64,000 bases of DNA. Source: Tubiluchus corallicola (taxonomy: Eukaryota; Animalia; Priapulida). The number at the start of each line of letters is the position of its first letter. Position 1 is the first letter of the stretch. The stretch is taken from positions 1,178,001 to 1,242,000 of the forward strand of contig JAQGDQ010000006.1 of assembly GCA_030141605.1 (NCBI GenBank), read 5' to 3'. The notes under the pieces are model-generated. The model was not told where the DNA came from, made no database searches, and saw only the letters and a program-made list of their open reading frames with translations. Made by a program: the position numbers and the translations under genes. Positions 13,358 through 28,200 of this stretch are shown in pieces.

Positions 13358-16215
13358 ATTATTTTATGTATTTATAAAAGAGTTTTATCATTTACAATTT
13401 TCCACTGCACATGCTAATTTCTTTTCTTTTTGTTGCCACTATGCAAGAAAGACTATGGAAATTAATATTTAATAAATGGAGTACCTATGACTTTATATTT
13501 TTGATGTGCATGATTACTGTCTACTATGTTTTTGATTCGAAATGAAATTGTTGCTATTATTAGGCATGCGCTGACTGCTCAGATTATAGTGAGTTCCACT
13601 GCTTTATTTGCAACACAGTCGGAAGCTATTTATGTGCAAAGGTTGACGTGTTTGGTTTGACAAACATGTTGACCCTGGAACGAGTTTTTTGTAACTCCAT
13701 CTGTTTTGAATAGCAATACAACCTTTATTTATGTGCAATAGCCACTTGAGCAAAATTTTGAGGAAATAACACTCTAGTGATCTTGATAAATAATGCTAGT
13801 AAAATAAAATTATTACTATAGGATGTCTCTCCCTACGCTAAGGAAGTAAAGTTGCTATGTTTCATTATAAATAATACCCTACAAAATGAGTAGAAAAATG
13901 TAGCTAAACAAAACTATTTCATGAATACTAATCATAAGTAGTAAGAAACAAGATTTTATTGCGCTTGTGTAGTCAAACAGTCATATCTCAGCAGTTAACA
14001 TCCTTACCACTGAACATTGTTATTACTGCATAGAACACTGCTATGTGTAAAACATTTTCGCCTTCAAAATTGAAAAGTTGGACATTCAATATAACATTAC
14101 ACAATATTTATATAGCTTCTATACTTAAGGCTTTAAGGCGAAACATCTTAGAAATCTTAGACATCTGTAGTATCAAACAATCGCTGCACTTCTTAGAAAG
14201 TGGACTTTCTGTTCAGGAAGCCAGCTGGGTTTTGTGGTTTTAAATGTGGAATTTTTAGTTCATGCACAAGTCATGTACAAAAGACTGATTATTCTTGTAA
14301 ATTGTCTAAAAAGAATACACATACTTTATTCCAATGTGCTAAACAAGATTGATAGGCCTGTTTCATTTGCTGTAGGGAGGCAAATGTTTATTTTTAAAGA
14401 TTGAAAGCACTTTTTTGTCTGCTGCGGTGGTCTGCAAGGAAACTGGCGCCTTTAGTCTAAAGTGTTATTTGATAAAGACAAATGATTCTATTATAGCTGT
14501 GTATGTTTTTTTCTTGGAGCATAAAAAAGCTGCATGAGTATGCTGTAAAGCTACTCTGTTGCAGCTGTTCATTGTTGAGATGCCTAAACTGTGTTTACAT
14601 CCATTAGCAATACAGAAGTAGTAGGACTGTTTACTAAAAGGAAGGCGGTGTTGTGTTTTATGTGAGTAACAATTAATATATTTTTTTATTTATGGTGGCA
14701 ATAACTAATAACCTGTTCATCAATTTCTGGTAAAACTACATAACCATATTCACTAACGCTCTTTGTTAGCAATTATTCCAGTAAGTACCTCAGCACTTAC
14801 GGTGTCAGTAGCGTAATAGTTGAACAAGCATACTGTTTCTTTATTTTGTTGGACATTGATAAAAATGAAACAGTTCTTTCTTTAATATTCATTAACTTGT
14901 AGTGATTATGTCATTTGCTATTGAAATGAAGTAAAAAACTTGTGATGCATGAAAAATGCTTTAAAATTAATTTTGTGCAGTGATTGCTGTGCCAGGATTG
15001 ACTTTTTTTTGCAAAAGACTCATTCTTGATAAAGCTGTAATAAATTTTTATCTAATTATTTATGTGGGCTGTGTGATCATATGAGCCACTTGATTATTTG
15101 ATTTATGTTTCCATAAAAAGCATTAAAATGCATTAAGGCACTTCATTTATGATGATGTTGTTTGATCAGCTGTGAGGCATTTATAATTGGCTAGTTTTTT
15201 GCCCAGCTGTTTTCAAGAAACCTTGCCTTAGGGCATGTTTATCCATTATCTATGCTTGTTTATCAGACTGTCGTCTTGGAATTTACAGAATCTTTTAGCA
15301 ACCTGATTTACAAGGTTCTGAGCTGCTTGTAGAGAACTTTTCCAATTTTTCAAGAACAAAAATTGAGCTCTTGGAACGGGATTTAATAAACTTGGTGAGT
15401 ATGTTATCAGTTATTGCCACTACAGTACCATGTTTTTTGGGTTTATTATTTGTTTAGTACCTATTAAACAACATCGAATCTGTTTAGAATGTCAAATTAC
15501 GGTTGAGTTGTACACTGTAGAGCAGTCATTTAGATACGATGTGAAGAAAAAACAAATGCAAACCCCCCTTTTTAACTGTGGGTCTTTGTTTCCGGCAGCT
15601 CATCGTCACATTGCTTTCAGTCAGTCTTTCCTATACAATAAATAAATTCGGCTTCATTAGAGTTGGTTTTGAAGCAGGAATGAAATACGGCACTTTATAT
15701 ATAAATAACTAAAATTGCAGTGCACTGCCTGAAGTTAAAAAGGATGTTTGCACTTGTTTTTCTTTTAAAATTGCTTGCAGTTTTGGTGTTCATCTTATAC
15801 CATTGCTAAAGAACGTAATCTACTTTTAGTGCTTCATACAGTGGCAGTCAATAGTTTTGTTTGTATATGTTTCTTAATGTTCTTGTGCTAATTAATTTAA
15901 ACTTCAATCTGCCTAACAGCAGAGTGATAAATTTTTGGGGCACCTGTGCATCAATATCATATAGCATGATGTAAAAAGTCTTTGGCAGTGAAACTTGTTT
16001 CTTGTGTTTCTTATTGCTTATTGCTCCCTAGTTATAAGTATTGATATTCGATATTGCAAGGCAATAGCCTTTTTTGTCACACGTTGCCTCACACAGTTAA
16101 CTTGAGAGTAGATGGTGTTTTTAAAGCTTTTGTAAAATTGACAGGTGCATCACTGAACAAAGTGTAAACTTTGGCAATTTCTGTAAGTCACAAATTTATC
16201 TATAGTCAACAAGTT

Positions 16216-19200
16216 ATGGGTAAGTTAGACTTTTATCTGCATAATTTAATGTTAAACCATTTTTATTTAATGTGGTTTTAATGGAGTCGTAAATATTGCT
16301 AATGAATTTTGAAAAAGCTGAAAGAGTAGAACATTTAAAAAATTTTCATTGTACTCATTCTGGTATGCTTTTCATCTTAGTTTCATCTTAGAGATATACA
16401 GTTTACCAGTAAAAATTCGGTATAGTCTAAAACTGAAAGTGTTGAATATGTTAGGACAAACAAAGAGCGGAAGGCAGGGTCAGCTTATGACCTTCTGGGC
16501 CCCTAGGCTAATGGTATACCCTCAGACGATGCCACCCTTTAACTTGCCCGCTCTCGTCTTGAATATTTTTGATTTGTGATATATCTTAGTAACATTTATA
16601 TTCATTGATCTAAACTTATTGCAAATTCTTTGAATAAATTAGAATACCTATCTTTTATTTGTCAATAAAAATATATTTCAAGAAATACCACTATTTTACT
16701 ATTTATTGCAAGCCAAATTAGCCGATGTTTCAACACAAATAGTGAAAAAATAGGTTTATTATGAAATATTACCAAAACTTGAGTGGCGCTAGACTGCAGC
16801 CTATACCAGACTATAGGACCATCCATATAACCATATAATACCACATAAAAGTTTAAATTTTATGAAAGGCAAATGAATGAAAGACACATTATGCAGGTAT
16901 AATATTTATATGTTTCGTCCAGATAATCAATAAAATCATGAAAAGGTTGTGTTTAAGTTTGGAGTGTCTTGCCTTTTGTTCTGCTTGCCACATGATGCTG
17001 TGCAAACTCTAACAGGATCTTCTTTTATCTATTGAATATACCTTTCCTGGAAAGCTTTTACAACTTTTTATGCATTCCTACTCAAAGATTCATTTATAGT
17101 TGTGCTGTCAAGTGTCTATTTCACATTGCTATCATTAGTAAAATAAAGTATTCTAAATCCATTGTCAATTGCAGCAGATCAAGAAATATTGGAAATAGAG
17201 AAGGTTGATTTTGAAGCTCTTGTTAACAGTGTTGATCATCACAGCGAACACTATGATTTGCTATTGGAAGAAACAAAACCCATTCTTAGACGTGGGCAGA
17301 TATTCAAAATGGAGGTACCACAAGCTTGTTTTTAGCTAGATTTCGTGTTATTAGTCATTTCCCTTAAATATTGCAAAAAAAAAATTAACATAAGCATGAT
17401 CTTATAAATGACTGATTGGTGGCCTAAGCTACATTCCTCTAGAGCTATGCCCGACCTCTAGGCACAAAGGCGTTACTTACATAACCAAATACATGTAACT
17501 GAAATAAAAAACACACTTTTTATGTGTTTCGAATTTTTATGTGAGGTCTGCTGACTTTGAAAACTGATCGGGTGTCGTTGTCTAGTAAACTTTTTGAACT
17601 GGATTTTGTTATACTATTGCAATTACCAAAATAGTTTTAATTAATTATTCATTTCAAATGCTGCATTAATGTTTCACTTAAAGTCTTAATTGATATTCTT
17701 TTATGGTTACTTTCATATCTGTTATACGCTGAGGAGTAAGAAAGGGAAGCGTCGACAAAGGATAATGATCCCACGCACAAGTGCGAGAAGGCGCGTAATT
17801 CTTCTGGCCTTTAATGACTGTTAATCAATAATTACTAATCCAACTTCAGCAATTAATTAAGGCTTTCAAACTACAACAGAATCGCTTAGTTAGAGATCAT
17901 CGAAGCTGACTTAATTACTGAGTACAGTTTAGGAAAAAAAAGCACTTGAAATGTTATGATCACTTGACCGTATGTGTATTGTAGCGCTTGCTGGCTCAGC
18001 AGTCTGATAATTTTGGCCGAAAGAGTTTCTAAGTAAAAAGAATCCAGCCCAGTTTTTCTGAACCAAAGAAACCGACTGATCTGTTAACATTTATAATTTC
18101 ATGTGAAGAAGACATTTTGGCAAATTATAGAATGGCTCTGCAAATTTTACTAACAATTGCCATTTATATAGTTAGCTGTGAAAGGTGTTTCAGTAAACTT
18201 AAATGAATCCTTACATATTTAAGTTCAATGACTCAAGTACGATTGAGCAACTTGGCTGTATTAAGCATTGAAAGGAATCTAATTAATTCCTTAAATTTCC
18301 ACAGCATGTATGAATCCTATTTCCATAATGCACATTACTACTGCAAAATCTAGCAAAAATACATTGTTTTGTTATAACTTGTAAAAATATATGTGTTGTA
18401 ATGGACCTAACTAGTTTGACCCTTTCGTTGGGAAAAATTTTGTTGGTTCAGGCATAAGGCATATTTTCAGAATTATCAGGAACGTAGCAGAAGTTTATTC
18501 TGCACACTGTGATTTTGACAATGTGATTTTTAAGAATAGTGAATGGATAACCAAAATGATTTGTAAACTGTTCAAGCACACTTATATGTTTTAACTTTTG
18601 GGTTTGCAGTTTTGATATTAGGAAATGTTCAAATGTTGTAAAAGGTGTGAAAAAGATGGTATCGATGTTCGGGTAACAAGCCACTAAACAAATGATAGAA
18701 ACATTAACTAAAAAGTAGGATGCCAAGTCGTTCTTGACACTCCCCCCCCCCCCCCCGTGCCAGAAACACTTGCTATGCCATTTGCTATAGGTTTCAAGTC
18801 GAGTTTATTGCATTCGGCACCTCATTTAGTACTTTCATAGTGTTGTCAACTTTATGTAACTGATGTATGCGATTACCTGCTGCTATTTTCTTGCAGTTTT
18901 GATATGCATTTGTTTTATCTATAGTGTGTTTCATGGCTTTGTGTATCATCTCTTACTGGTAACATGACAGTAAACATGTCTCGTGAATATTTTTAGGTAT
19001 TTGGCAAAAGGGACTTCAATGATGCTATAGACATCATTCGTTTAGCTTTCTCATTTGGAGCCAAACCGCGGCAGGCCAAGGGTACAAAAGCAGTATTCAG
19101 GGTAGCCACAAAGGCCACCGAAGAACTGACGCCATCTGATGTATGAATGTTACATTAGCTGACTGCTATTTTATTTTTTAACTACAACAATACAAAACAT

Positions 19201-22200
19201 AGATATATGTAAACTACATTTTTTAGTAATAAAATAAGCAACTTCTCGTAGTAGGCCAAAACAGATTGATGGTTTACATTGTTTCATGGTGCTTGGGTGC
19301 ACTCAGATCTCAAAGATAAATGTTGTGTTTTGCAGTGGGGAGCACGAGCCAGGATTATTTCAGGGAAAAAAGTCTCTTTCAATGTTATGATACCTGCCGA
19401 TTGCCCAGTCGGACATTGGAAGTTGGAAATAATCACTAAACATCAAGTAAGGAATGTGTGCAGTTTTTGATATTTTGCTGTGAGCCATTTTCACATGAAT
19501 GTAAATGATTAATGATATTTTTAAATAGGAAAACAGGGTTTTGGAATCCAGATGTCTAAAAATTGTGGTTAGTTACTTTTCTTAGGAGAATAGATAGGCT
19601 AAAGGTTAAAATACTTCGTGGTAATACTGCAGATAAAACATTATTTTGAAGCAGTGTCAGAATATGCTAAATTGGTGACTTTTTTGTTTGTCTTGTATTT
19701 TTTCATGCATTGTCTTAACAATACATTATCTAATTCATTTCAGAATGATCCAAAAAAGAAGAAAATTTTCTCTGCTAATGAGTCTGTTATCATCTTATTC
19801 AATGCATGGAGTAAAGGTTAGCATATTTATTACCTGTAAAGTAAAGAATTTGCACTGATAGAACAACTACTGCTAGTTAATGATGGCTAAATTGATTGCT
19901 TACATCACTTATATTGGACAATTAATTTTGTCTTAATATTTTAGTAATCCTTGTTTTTCTGCATAATTTCAGATGATGCAGTTTATATGGAAAATGAGGA
20001 AGAAAGGGATGAATATGTTTTAAATGATGTCGGAAAGATTTGGTGTGGTACAATGAAACGCCTTAGAGAGCGAGCGTGGAATTTTGGACAGGTATAAAAT
20101 TTTTTTATAAAGCTTTTGTACATGTTTTTATTCAAGTTATTGAATATGGCACGCATAGCAAAGTAAACTTTCATACAATGAAGGCTACTACCCAACATGC
20201 TATGATTAGCATGATTTATGATTTGCTTTCTATGATTAGTCAGGAGAGTGAAATGAATAGTTTATAACTTTTAATTTTTTTACAGATTTAGTTACTTCTA
20301 GTTGGGTGAAGTATATATAAATATATAAAGTTGTGGTTGCCTTCTAGCAGAAATAAATTTGGTCTGTGTCTTGGATTTTTTGTTCATAATTTGGACTGTA
20401 GTCTGCATTTTGCTAGTTCAGCAAAAATGGTATGACTGTGTTGCAGTTGCCAAAGGAAAGCAGTTTAAAAAACAAAGAAAGCTCCATTCAGTACTTTCAA
20501 ATTCAATCTTTTGTTTAAACTTAGTAGACCACAATTAGTTGATAGTTTATTCCACTGATGCAGTAGACTGATTTCCAAGTAAGTATCACGTAATGGTATG
20601 TGGTAATATATTACCTACTGACATGTGTCTAGTAACTCACTTATCGGATTTACATACAGTGTAAGTTACAAGATTTATAAATTTGCATTATCATATATAA
20701 GCTATATTAAAATTATTACATGTGTTATTTACAGTTTGAAGATGTGGTGGTTCTAGCAGCAATAAAGTTACTGGATGTTTCTAAATTGAATGATGCAGCT
20801 AGAGGTGATCCTATTAAAGTTGTAAGGACAATCACTGCAATGGTATGGTGCTTTATTAATGTTGTAATTAGAATTTCATGATTTTACACAGCAATAGTTA
20901 TTGTTTTTCTGTCCATTGTTTGGGTGGGTATCTGTGGCTATTACGCCCTTGGCTCTCCTGTTATAAGGCTCTTTCTTTTATTTTCTCACTTGTTGTTAGA
21001 CATTTGCATATGTTTATGTTATTTCATATTTACCAGGTGCAAAATTTTGGGAAAACTTAGCATTCCATACTAGACCCAATTATTGAGAACTGTGTAGCAT
21101 TAGTTTTTTTCAGTGAGGTGACCAATTTCATTTGTTTTATGTAAAAGAAATTCCCGCACATTTCAATACCGCCATATCCATTATTTATGTAAGCTTTGTA
21201 GGCCACATTTCTTAAAAGAAAAGCATAAATTTGAGAGGTTATTTGGCTCTTTTTGTTTTCCCGTGTCTTTTTTCCAATGTGATTATTCATATTGTGCCAA
21301 GTTAAGCTATTTGAAATACACTAGTGTAATCTGTATGTTACTGAAAATTCAGTACTTTACAGCTAATGTCTTGATTGCATTTAATTTCTCTCACCTGAGC
21401 ATATTATTTTGTAGTTATTTGTTTTTATTCAGTTGTTTTTATTGACATAGGTTAATTCAGAAGATGATGGAGGTGTTTTGCAAGGTAATTGGACAGGCGA
21501 ATATGATGATGGTGTTCCACCAAGTAACTGGCAAGGTTCTGTCGAAATTCTACAACAGTGGTACGAAACAGGAAATGTTGTTAGATACGGCCAGTGCTGG
21601 GTTTTTAGCGGTGTGGCTACAACAGGTAACTATCACTTTGCAGATTTATGAACTTGTGTACTTATTAATTGTTACTTAACAGTTTCTTGGAAAATTTGAC
21701 ATTTTTATTGGAGCACATTGAATGTAAAATTGGTAAATTTGTTTTTTTTTTACATTTTAAATATCAACTTGAATCATTATTATAATAATTTTAGTGATGA
21801 GGGCACTTGGTATACCTGCTCGTTCAGTTACTAATTACTCATCAGCACATGACACAAACAGCAACATCACCATAGATGTTCATTATGATGATGAATATTC
21901 AATGATTGATGAACTAAATGACGATTCAATCTGGTAAGATCGCTTGTTCTAGTCATTATATAATACTTAGCCTTAACATGCTTGTTTGCTTGATTCATGC
22001 TAAGAAAATACTTTTTCATTATATTTTCTACTGCATTTGATATAAATGTTTAGCCGTGCATCATTTGAAAAAAGATTTTGAAAACTATTGTTGTTACTCA
22101 TACACATGTATGACTACATGTACAATTATTTTTATGGTAACAAATTGTAATTGCCATCAGTTGAGTATACTTGCAGAAGATGGCGCTAGGATCTGACTTT

Positions 22201-25200
22201 AAAATTTCCGTAGTGCGTGTACATTGGCATTAATTGTCAATTTGTGCTTCACTCTGCACTGACGTTTTGAGAGGGATGGCATGCACTCACATGTCAGGGT
22301 CTCTTAAACAGGTGTTATTAATAAATTTTAATTGCGTTCAGTGAAGTTCCTTCAATTTGTAATAAATGTTTTGTTCTTTATTCTGTGAGTTCTGCATTAT
22401 TTTGCAGTCCCAAACTTTTACCACCAGCGAGTCAACATACTGCAAAACAGTTAAAAAATTTGAAAATATTATTTGCTCTGGGTATTGGTATTGATCATCA
22501 AACTATCATTTTTAAGGTTTTACTGTTTCAAGTGGGTCTGTATAAGTGCACAATAGGCCTGTAATGATTACTGTAATGCTATAAAAGCAAAGGTTATTTC
22601 ATACATTTACTGAGTTGGTACGGCAATGTTTTTATAGGAATTTCCATGTATGGAATGAGTGTTGGATGACAAGACCTGATCTTCCTGCTGGTTATGGAGG
22701 TTGGCAAGTAGTTGATGCAACACCACAGGAAACGAGTGAAGGTTTGATACGCTCATCTTCAAGGCACCTATGGTCCCAAACTTTGAGGGACTCCAGATTT
22801 TTAGGGTCTAGTGTTAAAAAAATTTTATTATGATTATTCTCAAAAAATGCATTTCTTTTCATGTTTCATTTGTGCCACATAATTTTGAGTAATGTAATGC
22901 CTATAGACCAGCCAGCAAGTTTTTCTTTCTTTACTTTTCTTGGAGGTTGTCAAAGTTTTGGAGCAGTAAATGCAATCACTCTCCAGATTACACTGAGAGT
23001 ACAAGCTGTTGTAACACGCCACAAACAGTTACTGAGTCAGCCGAGTCAAGCAAATACTGATTTTGCTTTTATAAATGAAAGATAACATACAAGTTCAGTT
23101 TGCACAATTAATACATAAAAGGCATTACATCACAAGTTGTTGTGCAGCCTTTTTAGAATATAAGCAGTATGCAAATATATTGTAATTACCAGTAACCACC
23201 ATTACCCCATATTGGTGCGAAGAGATTAATGTTATGTTGCAAACGAATTATGTTGGAAATATGGGATATAATCAACCATTTTGTGGATGACTGGGACTCA
23301 ACTATAAGCCTGTGGCATCTGTATATCTTAATATGCCCCTGTTTATCTTTTCTGTAGTTTGGCAATTTTGTAAATGTACAAATGTGCAGTTTCTGCATAG
23401 TGGTAACAATTAACATTATTGTCAGCATATCTTCTTCAACCTCAAGGAGTTAAAATATGTTGCTAGACCACACACTTTGGTATTATTATAAACTACTTGC
23501 TGCCTAATATTCCTATGACTGTATGACTTACTTTGAGTTGTGTGGTCTCGATTAATTATCTTGATATTAAATAACAGTTATTTTTATAGGAATCTATCGT
23601 GCTGGTCCAGCATCTGTGGCTGCTATTCGTAAAGGAGAAGTGAATCATTTGTTTGATGCACCTTTTGTCTTTGCTGAGGTCAATGCTGATATTATTCATT
23701 GGAAATATGAAAATGATGATGATGATTTACTTCAGTTACAGACAGATCCTAATGTGTGAGTAACTTTTTTCTTTTGGTACCATCACCATAAGTGTCAACA
23801 TATATTTGAAATTTATGAATCTATTTGTGCATCTGTTTTGACAAATATCAAGGGAAAATTGTTACTAACAGAAAAAATTTGTGTGTTTTCACACAGGGTT
23901 GGAAAAATGATCAGCACAAAAAAGCCAGGCCCTGTTGAGAAAGGCAAAGATGACAGAGTAGATATAACAAATGCGTACAAGGGTGTTGAAAGTATGTTTT
24001 TCAACTGGAAAATTATATGCTTTATATTTAGTCATCAGTCATCAGACTGAGTGTTTGTTTTATGTCTAATTTTCAAGGCGCTAGATCTCCATTGTAGATC
24101 TCTAAGATTCTAGGTATTCGTCTTGGTTAGCAGTTGAGACCCTCTAAGGGTGAATGGTGCTGGTGTGAAAGGAAGTAATTCTGCCCTGTTATGATAATTT
24201 GTTATAAGATAATATATGATTTATGATTTGTTATATGATAATATGTTAAGCTATGATAATTTATGTTAGAGAGATGGACGCAAAATTTTGTCAGTTATTT
24301 TACATTTTTATGTTTAGACACTGATGCAGAAAGGCAGGCTGTGTTAAATGCTTTGAAATGTGGACATAGCACTAGTAGATTTGCTTATAAGCAATCTAAT
24401 GCAGATGTGCGATTTGCTCTAGAAGATAAGGTTTGTTGTTTGCTGTTTTACTATTAATGTTAAATAAATATGTCTAATATAAATAACATTAATATAAATA
24501 TTAGTGTTAAATAAATAAATAATGTTATAAATAATGATAAATAAATATATAAAGATTTGGTAGACGTCAGTGCCCGAACAATTTTTACATGTCATGTAAA
24601 CAGATCAATGTAACTATGATTTTAATCTGAAAGATAATATTTTTATGGTTGTTGTTAAAACTACATTCATTCGCAAATTGTGGTTCTGGTTGTTTTTTCT
24701 CAGTTTTAATAAAACAAACACTACTCCACTGTTTTGTAGTTGTCTGAAATGTTTTATATTATATTAATACTGTATTACCTTTTAGGATGACGTATGTATT
24801 GGAAAACCATTTTCACATGAACTTAGTCTCTGGAATGAATCGGGCAGTGAACGTAATGTGGCTATAACTATGAGGCTGGCAACTACTTACTATACTGGTA
24901 GAATATCAAAGAAAATTAAGGAAAAAAAGTTAGAAGTGAAGCTGAAGCCACAAGAAGGTTCTTTATACATTATATATATTACAGTAGCATGAAAAATCTG
25001 AACATCAAAATCACCATACACTGTTCTATTAAGAAACATGTGTTAACTATTGTAGTTATGATATATAGGTATTTTCTACATTTTGGTAAACAAATAATAT
25101 ATAAGTGCAAGTAATAAAACAGTTAAATATTCAATTTTAATGTGCAAAGTTTTATTGATTTTTGCCCCTAGAAACACACCTCGATGCTTTTGCATTATTT

Positions 25201-28200
25201 CCCATTGAAACATTTTATTGAAAAGCTAGAATCAGTGAATGATTTTAACATTTGTCACTTGAACAAGCACAAGCTATCATGTGCTAAAGTTTTGAAGATT
25301 CTGTTCATACAACAGCACCTTTTTTGTGGGTGCTAGGAAGAGATCGTGGTAGTAGCAACTTATTTTCAATCAGCACACCTCAAACTCTGATTCTTATTGC
25401 ATATTTTTGCTACATAAGAATATCATAATTTAAGTTTTACCAAACTCTGTTTTCTGCATTGGTGCAGCAAGGGTAGAAAATAAGTTACACATAGAAACTG
25501 GTATGACTGACAAGAAGAAAAGAATTCCCATAATGCAGTTTGCTTAAAATTGATTGTAAGAATAACTTGTATTTCAAAACTTACTTAACTTGGCCTATGA
25601 TAAAGTGAACAGCTTGAGCAGCTCATGCTAAAAGTGTTATTTTGATATGGTTTTTATTACGTGATAGTTTGTAGGCATAAAAATCAATAAATGAAAATTT
25701 TTGCATGTGTGCAAATCAAAACTGCAAATAAGTTGGCTTAGTTAAAGCTGTGTTACGAAGTTTCAAAGTAGAGTGCACGAAAAATTGGGTCCTATATAAT
25801 TTTTTTGTTTTTCATAAAAGTGTCACATTCTAACATGAAATTGCTAGCAAAATGTTTCAGAAATACTAAAAATTAATTTAATAAATCGATTTAAAAAATT
25901 AATAATCCCTTCAACTGTTCTCTGCCCAAATATCATTATTTATTTGGAATGTTGAAAAACTAGCATTTTTAAATTCCGATAGCAGTTGTGAGGCCATTTG
26001 TCTTACGGTTTCTTCTGATATCAAGCCCAGATCCTCGTCTGGAATCTATTAGATTTAAGCTTAACTTCAAGGTTCTTTGACCATATTAACCACTCTTTCA
26101 TGTAGTTACTAAGGTGTTTTTGTACGAATGAGAAAAGCAACTGCAAACTTTTACAGCAGTTTTCTCAAGAATACTTTTTTTCAGAAAGCAGCACGCACCT
26201 CATCTTTGGCATAGATTATCTCAGCTTAGAAATAATGTAGAGTGATAATCTTGTATCATGAAAATAATGGAGATTTGGGGCATGAGAATAATTAAAAAAT
26301 TCCTATTTATAAATGTTTTTGCTGTGCAAGTGCACATTTCTTTGAAAGATCATGTTAATTGGATGTTGAAAAGACAGATGTTAGTTCAAGAAACATTGTT
26401 TTTGTTATATCTTAAAATGAATTGTGTGTGTATGGTATGTCACAGATACGTTGCTTAGCTTTAAAGATGATTTGAAAACGTGACCTGTTTTTAGCCATTG
26501 TAGTTATTGTATTTAATGTTATAAAAATGTGTTTTTATTTTGAATAGATCACATAGTTAAATTTTCTGTCACACCAGAAGAATATTTTGATGCTCTGGTG
26601 GACCAGGCTTCATTTGAATTAAGTGTCTGTGCTAAAGTTTTGGAAACAGAGCAGTACTTCTGCAAGAGCGATGATTTTAGACTTCGGGCTCCAGACGTAA
26701 TTGTTACAGTAAGCTGTTGATCTTTTAAAATTATTATTATGCATCTTAATGCAAAATCACTAATTACTAATTAGTGGCAAATTAAATAAGTTACTGCTTA
26801 TCAGAAGTTAATAACATCACTGCTTGAATGTATTTTTCAATTTTCAAGTGCGAAAGAAAATGTCAGTCTTCCCTGTATGCTAGTTCAGCCCAAGGCATTC
26901 TGATTGCCATATCACTTCCACAAACTGTTACCCACTATGAACAAATAATTCTTTTTAATAGTATGACTTAAAGGTGATTAGAAAAGCATCATAATGTTTC
27001 AAATTGTTAATCAAAATCACATTGCTATGACTATTTTAAATCATATTTTAGAATAACTGTAAATAAAGTATTGTTTTTATTGTTATTTTTTTAAGGCCGC
27101 AGGACCATTTCAATCCCAAAAGCCGTTCAAAGTGACATTTTCATTTGAGAACCCATTGCCAAGCACACTTCATCAATGTCACTTCATCATTGAAGGCCCA
27201 GGAATACATAAACCTAAAAAGATTCCTTGCAAGTAAGTTTAAATGTTATATGATAGTTTTGCACTCTGATAAGTTTTTAACATGTTATTGACAAAAATGT
27301 TGTAGTACGTTATGGAGTGTATCTTGCCATAGCCACTCATCGTCTTTTGAGAGAATGATGCATTTTCAAAGACTTGAAACTTACTAGGTGAGGGAGTCAC
27401 ATGGGAACTACTACAAATTTAATTTTTGGCATATTCTAGCCCTGAGGCAGTGTCTGAGTCTGGAGGGACATAGTATAAGAATCTTCGTAACCAGACGAGC
27501 GATGCATATCGAAGTAGCTTAAGTTAGAATTTCGACATGGAACTTGGGGTCTGAGGCTGGTTCCAAGTTTTGTGACCAGTGTTACCTCTGTGGTGCATTA
27601 CAGAGGCTTAAAACTTTATGTGGTGAGGAACCCTCGTTTGATGTAGTGAAAGTTTGACTATAGGTGTGATTTTTATGTGGAAGTGGAGCTATGAATGGCA
27701 GTGGTTTTCGAAATTTTAGTAAATGACTCCAGCCAAATGACAAGTTACAGAAACAATAAGAAAGATACTGTAAGTTTGACTTTCAACGTGGTCTGCTTTT
27801 GTGGATTGGTCTGGTAGCAAGTGTTGTTCAGGTTTTTCTAAACAATTTCCGTTAAACAGTTGTAACAATAATGTTAATTGTTTGAAAAACGACCTTGGAA
27901 AGTTTGAACATCAGCATGATCCACAGTTAGGGAGGGGCCATTTGGGTAGTGCCAGCTGCTCTGCTAGGTGTTTCTTGACATACAAGTACACATTGTATTT
28001 ATGCACTGCTATATAAATTACAATGTCTAGCAAGTTGAAATTACGGGAATCCTTGTCCAATATTGACAGAATTATTTTCGTGTTAATCAAACGATACGAG
28101 AAAAAGTTTACAATGATTAGTATTAATCTTGATATTGATAAGCAAACTGACATTGACCAGTAATTTGGCTGATCAGTTGATCTGGTCATTTTGAAATTGG

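Noticed and set aside
16464-16555. Short inverted repeat GAGCGG...CCGCTC as a structured ncRNA
   Set aside because: More likely a tiny MITE remnant; no TSD and no RNA family features recognised.
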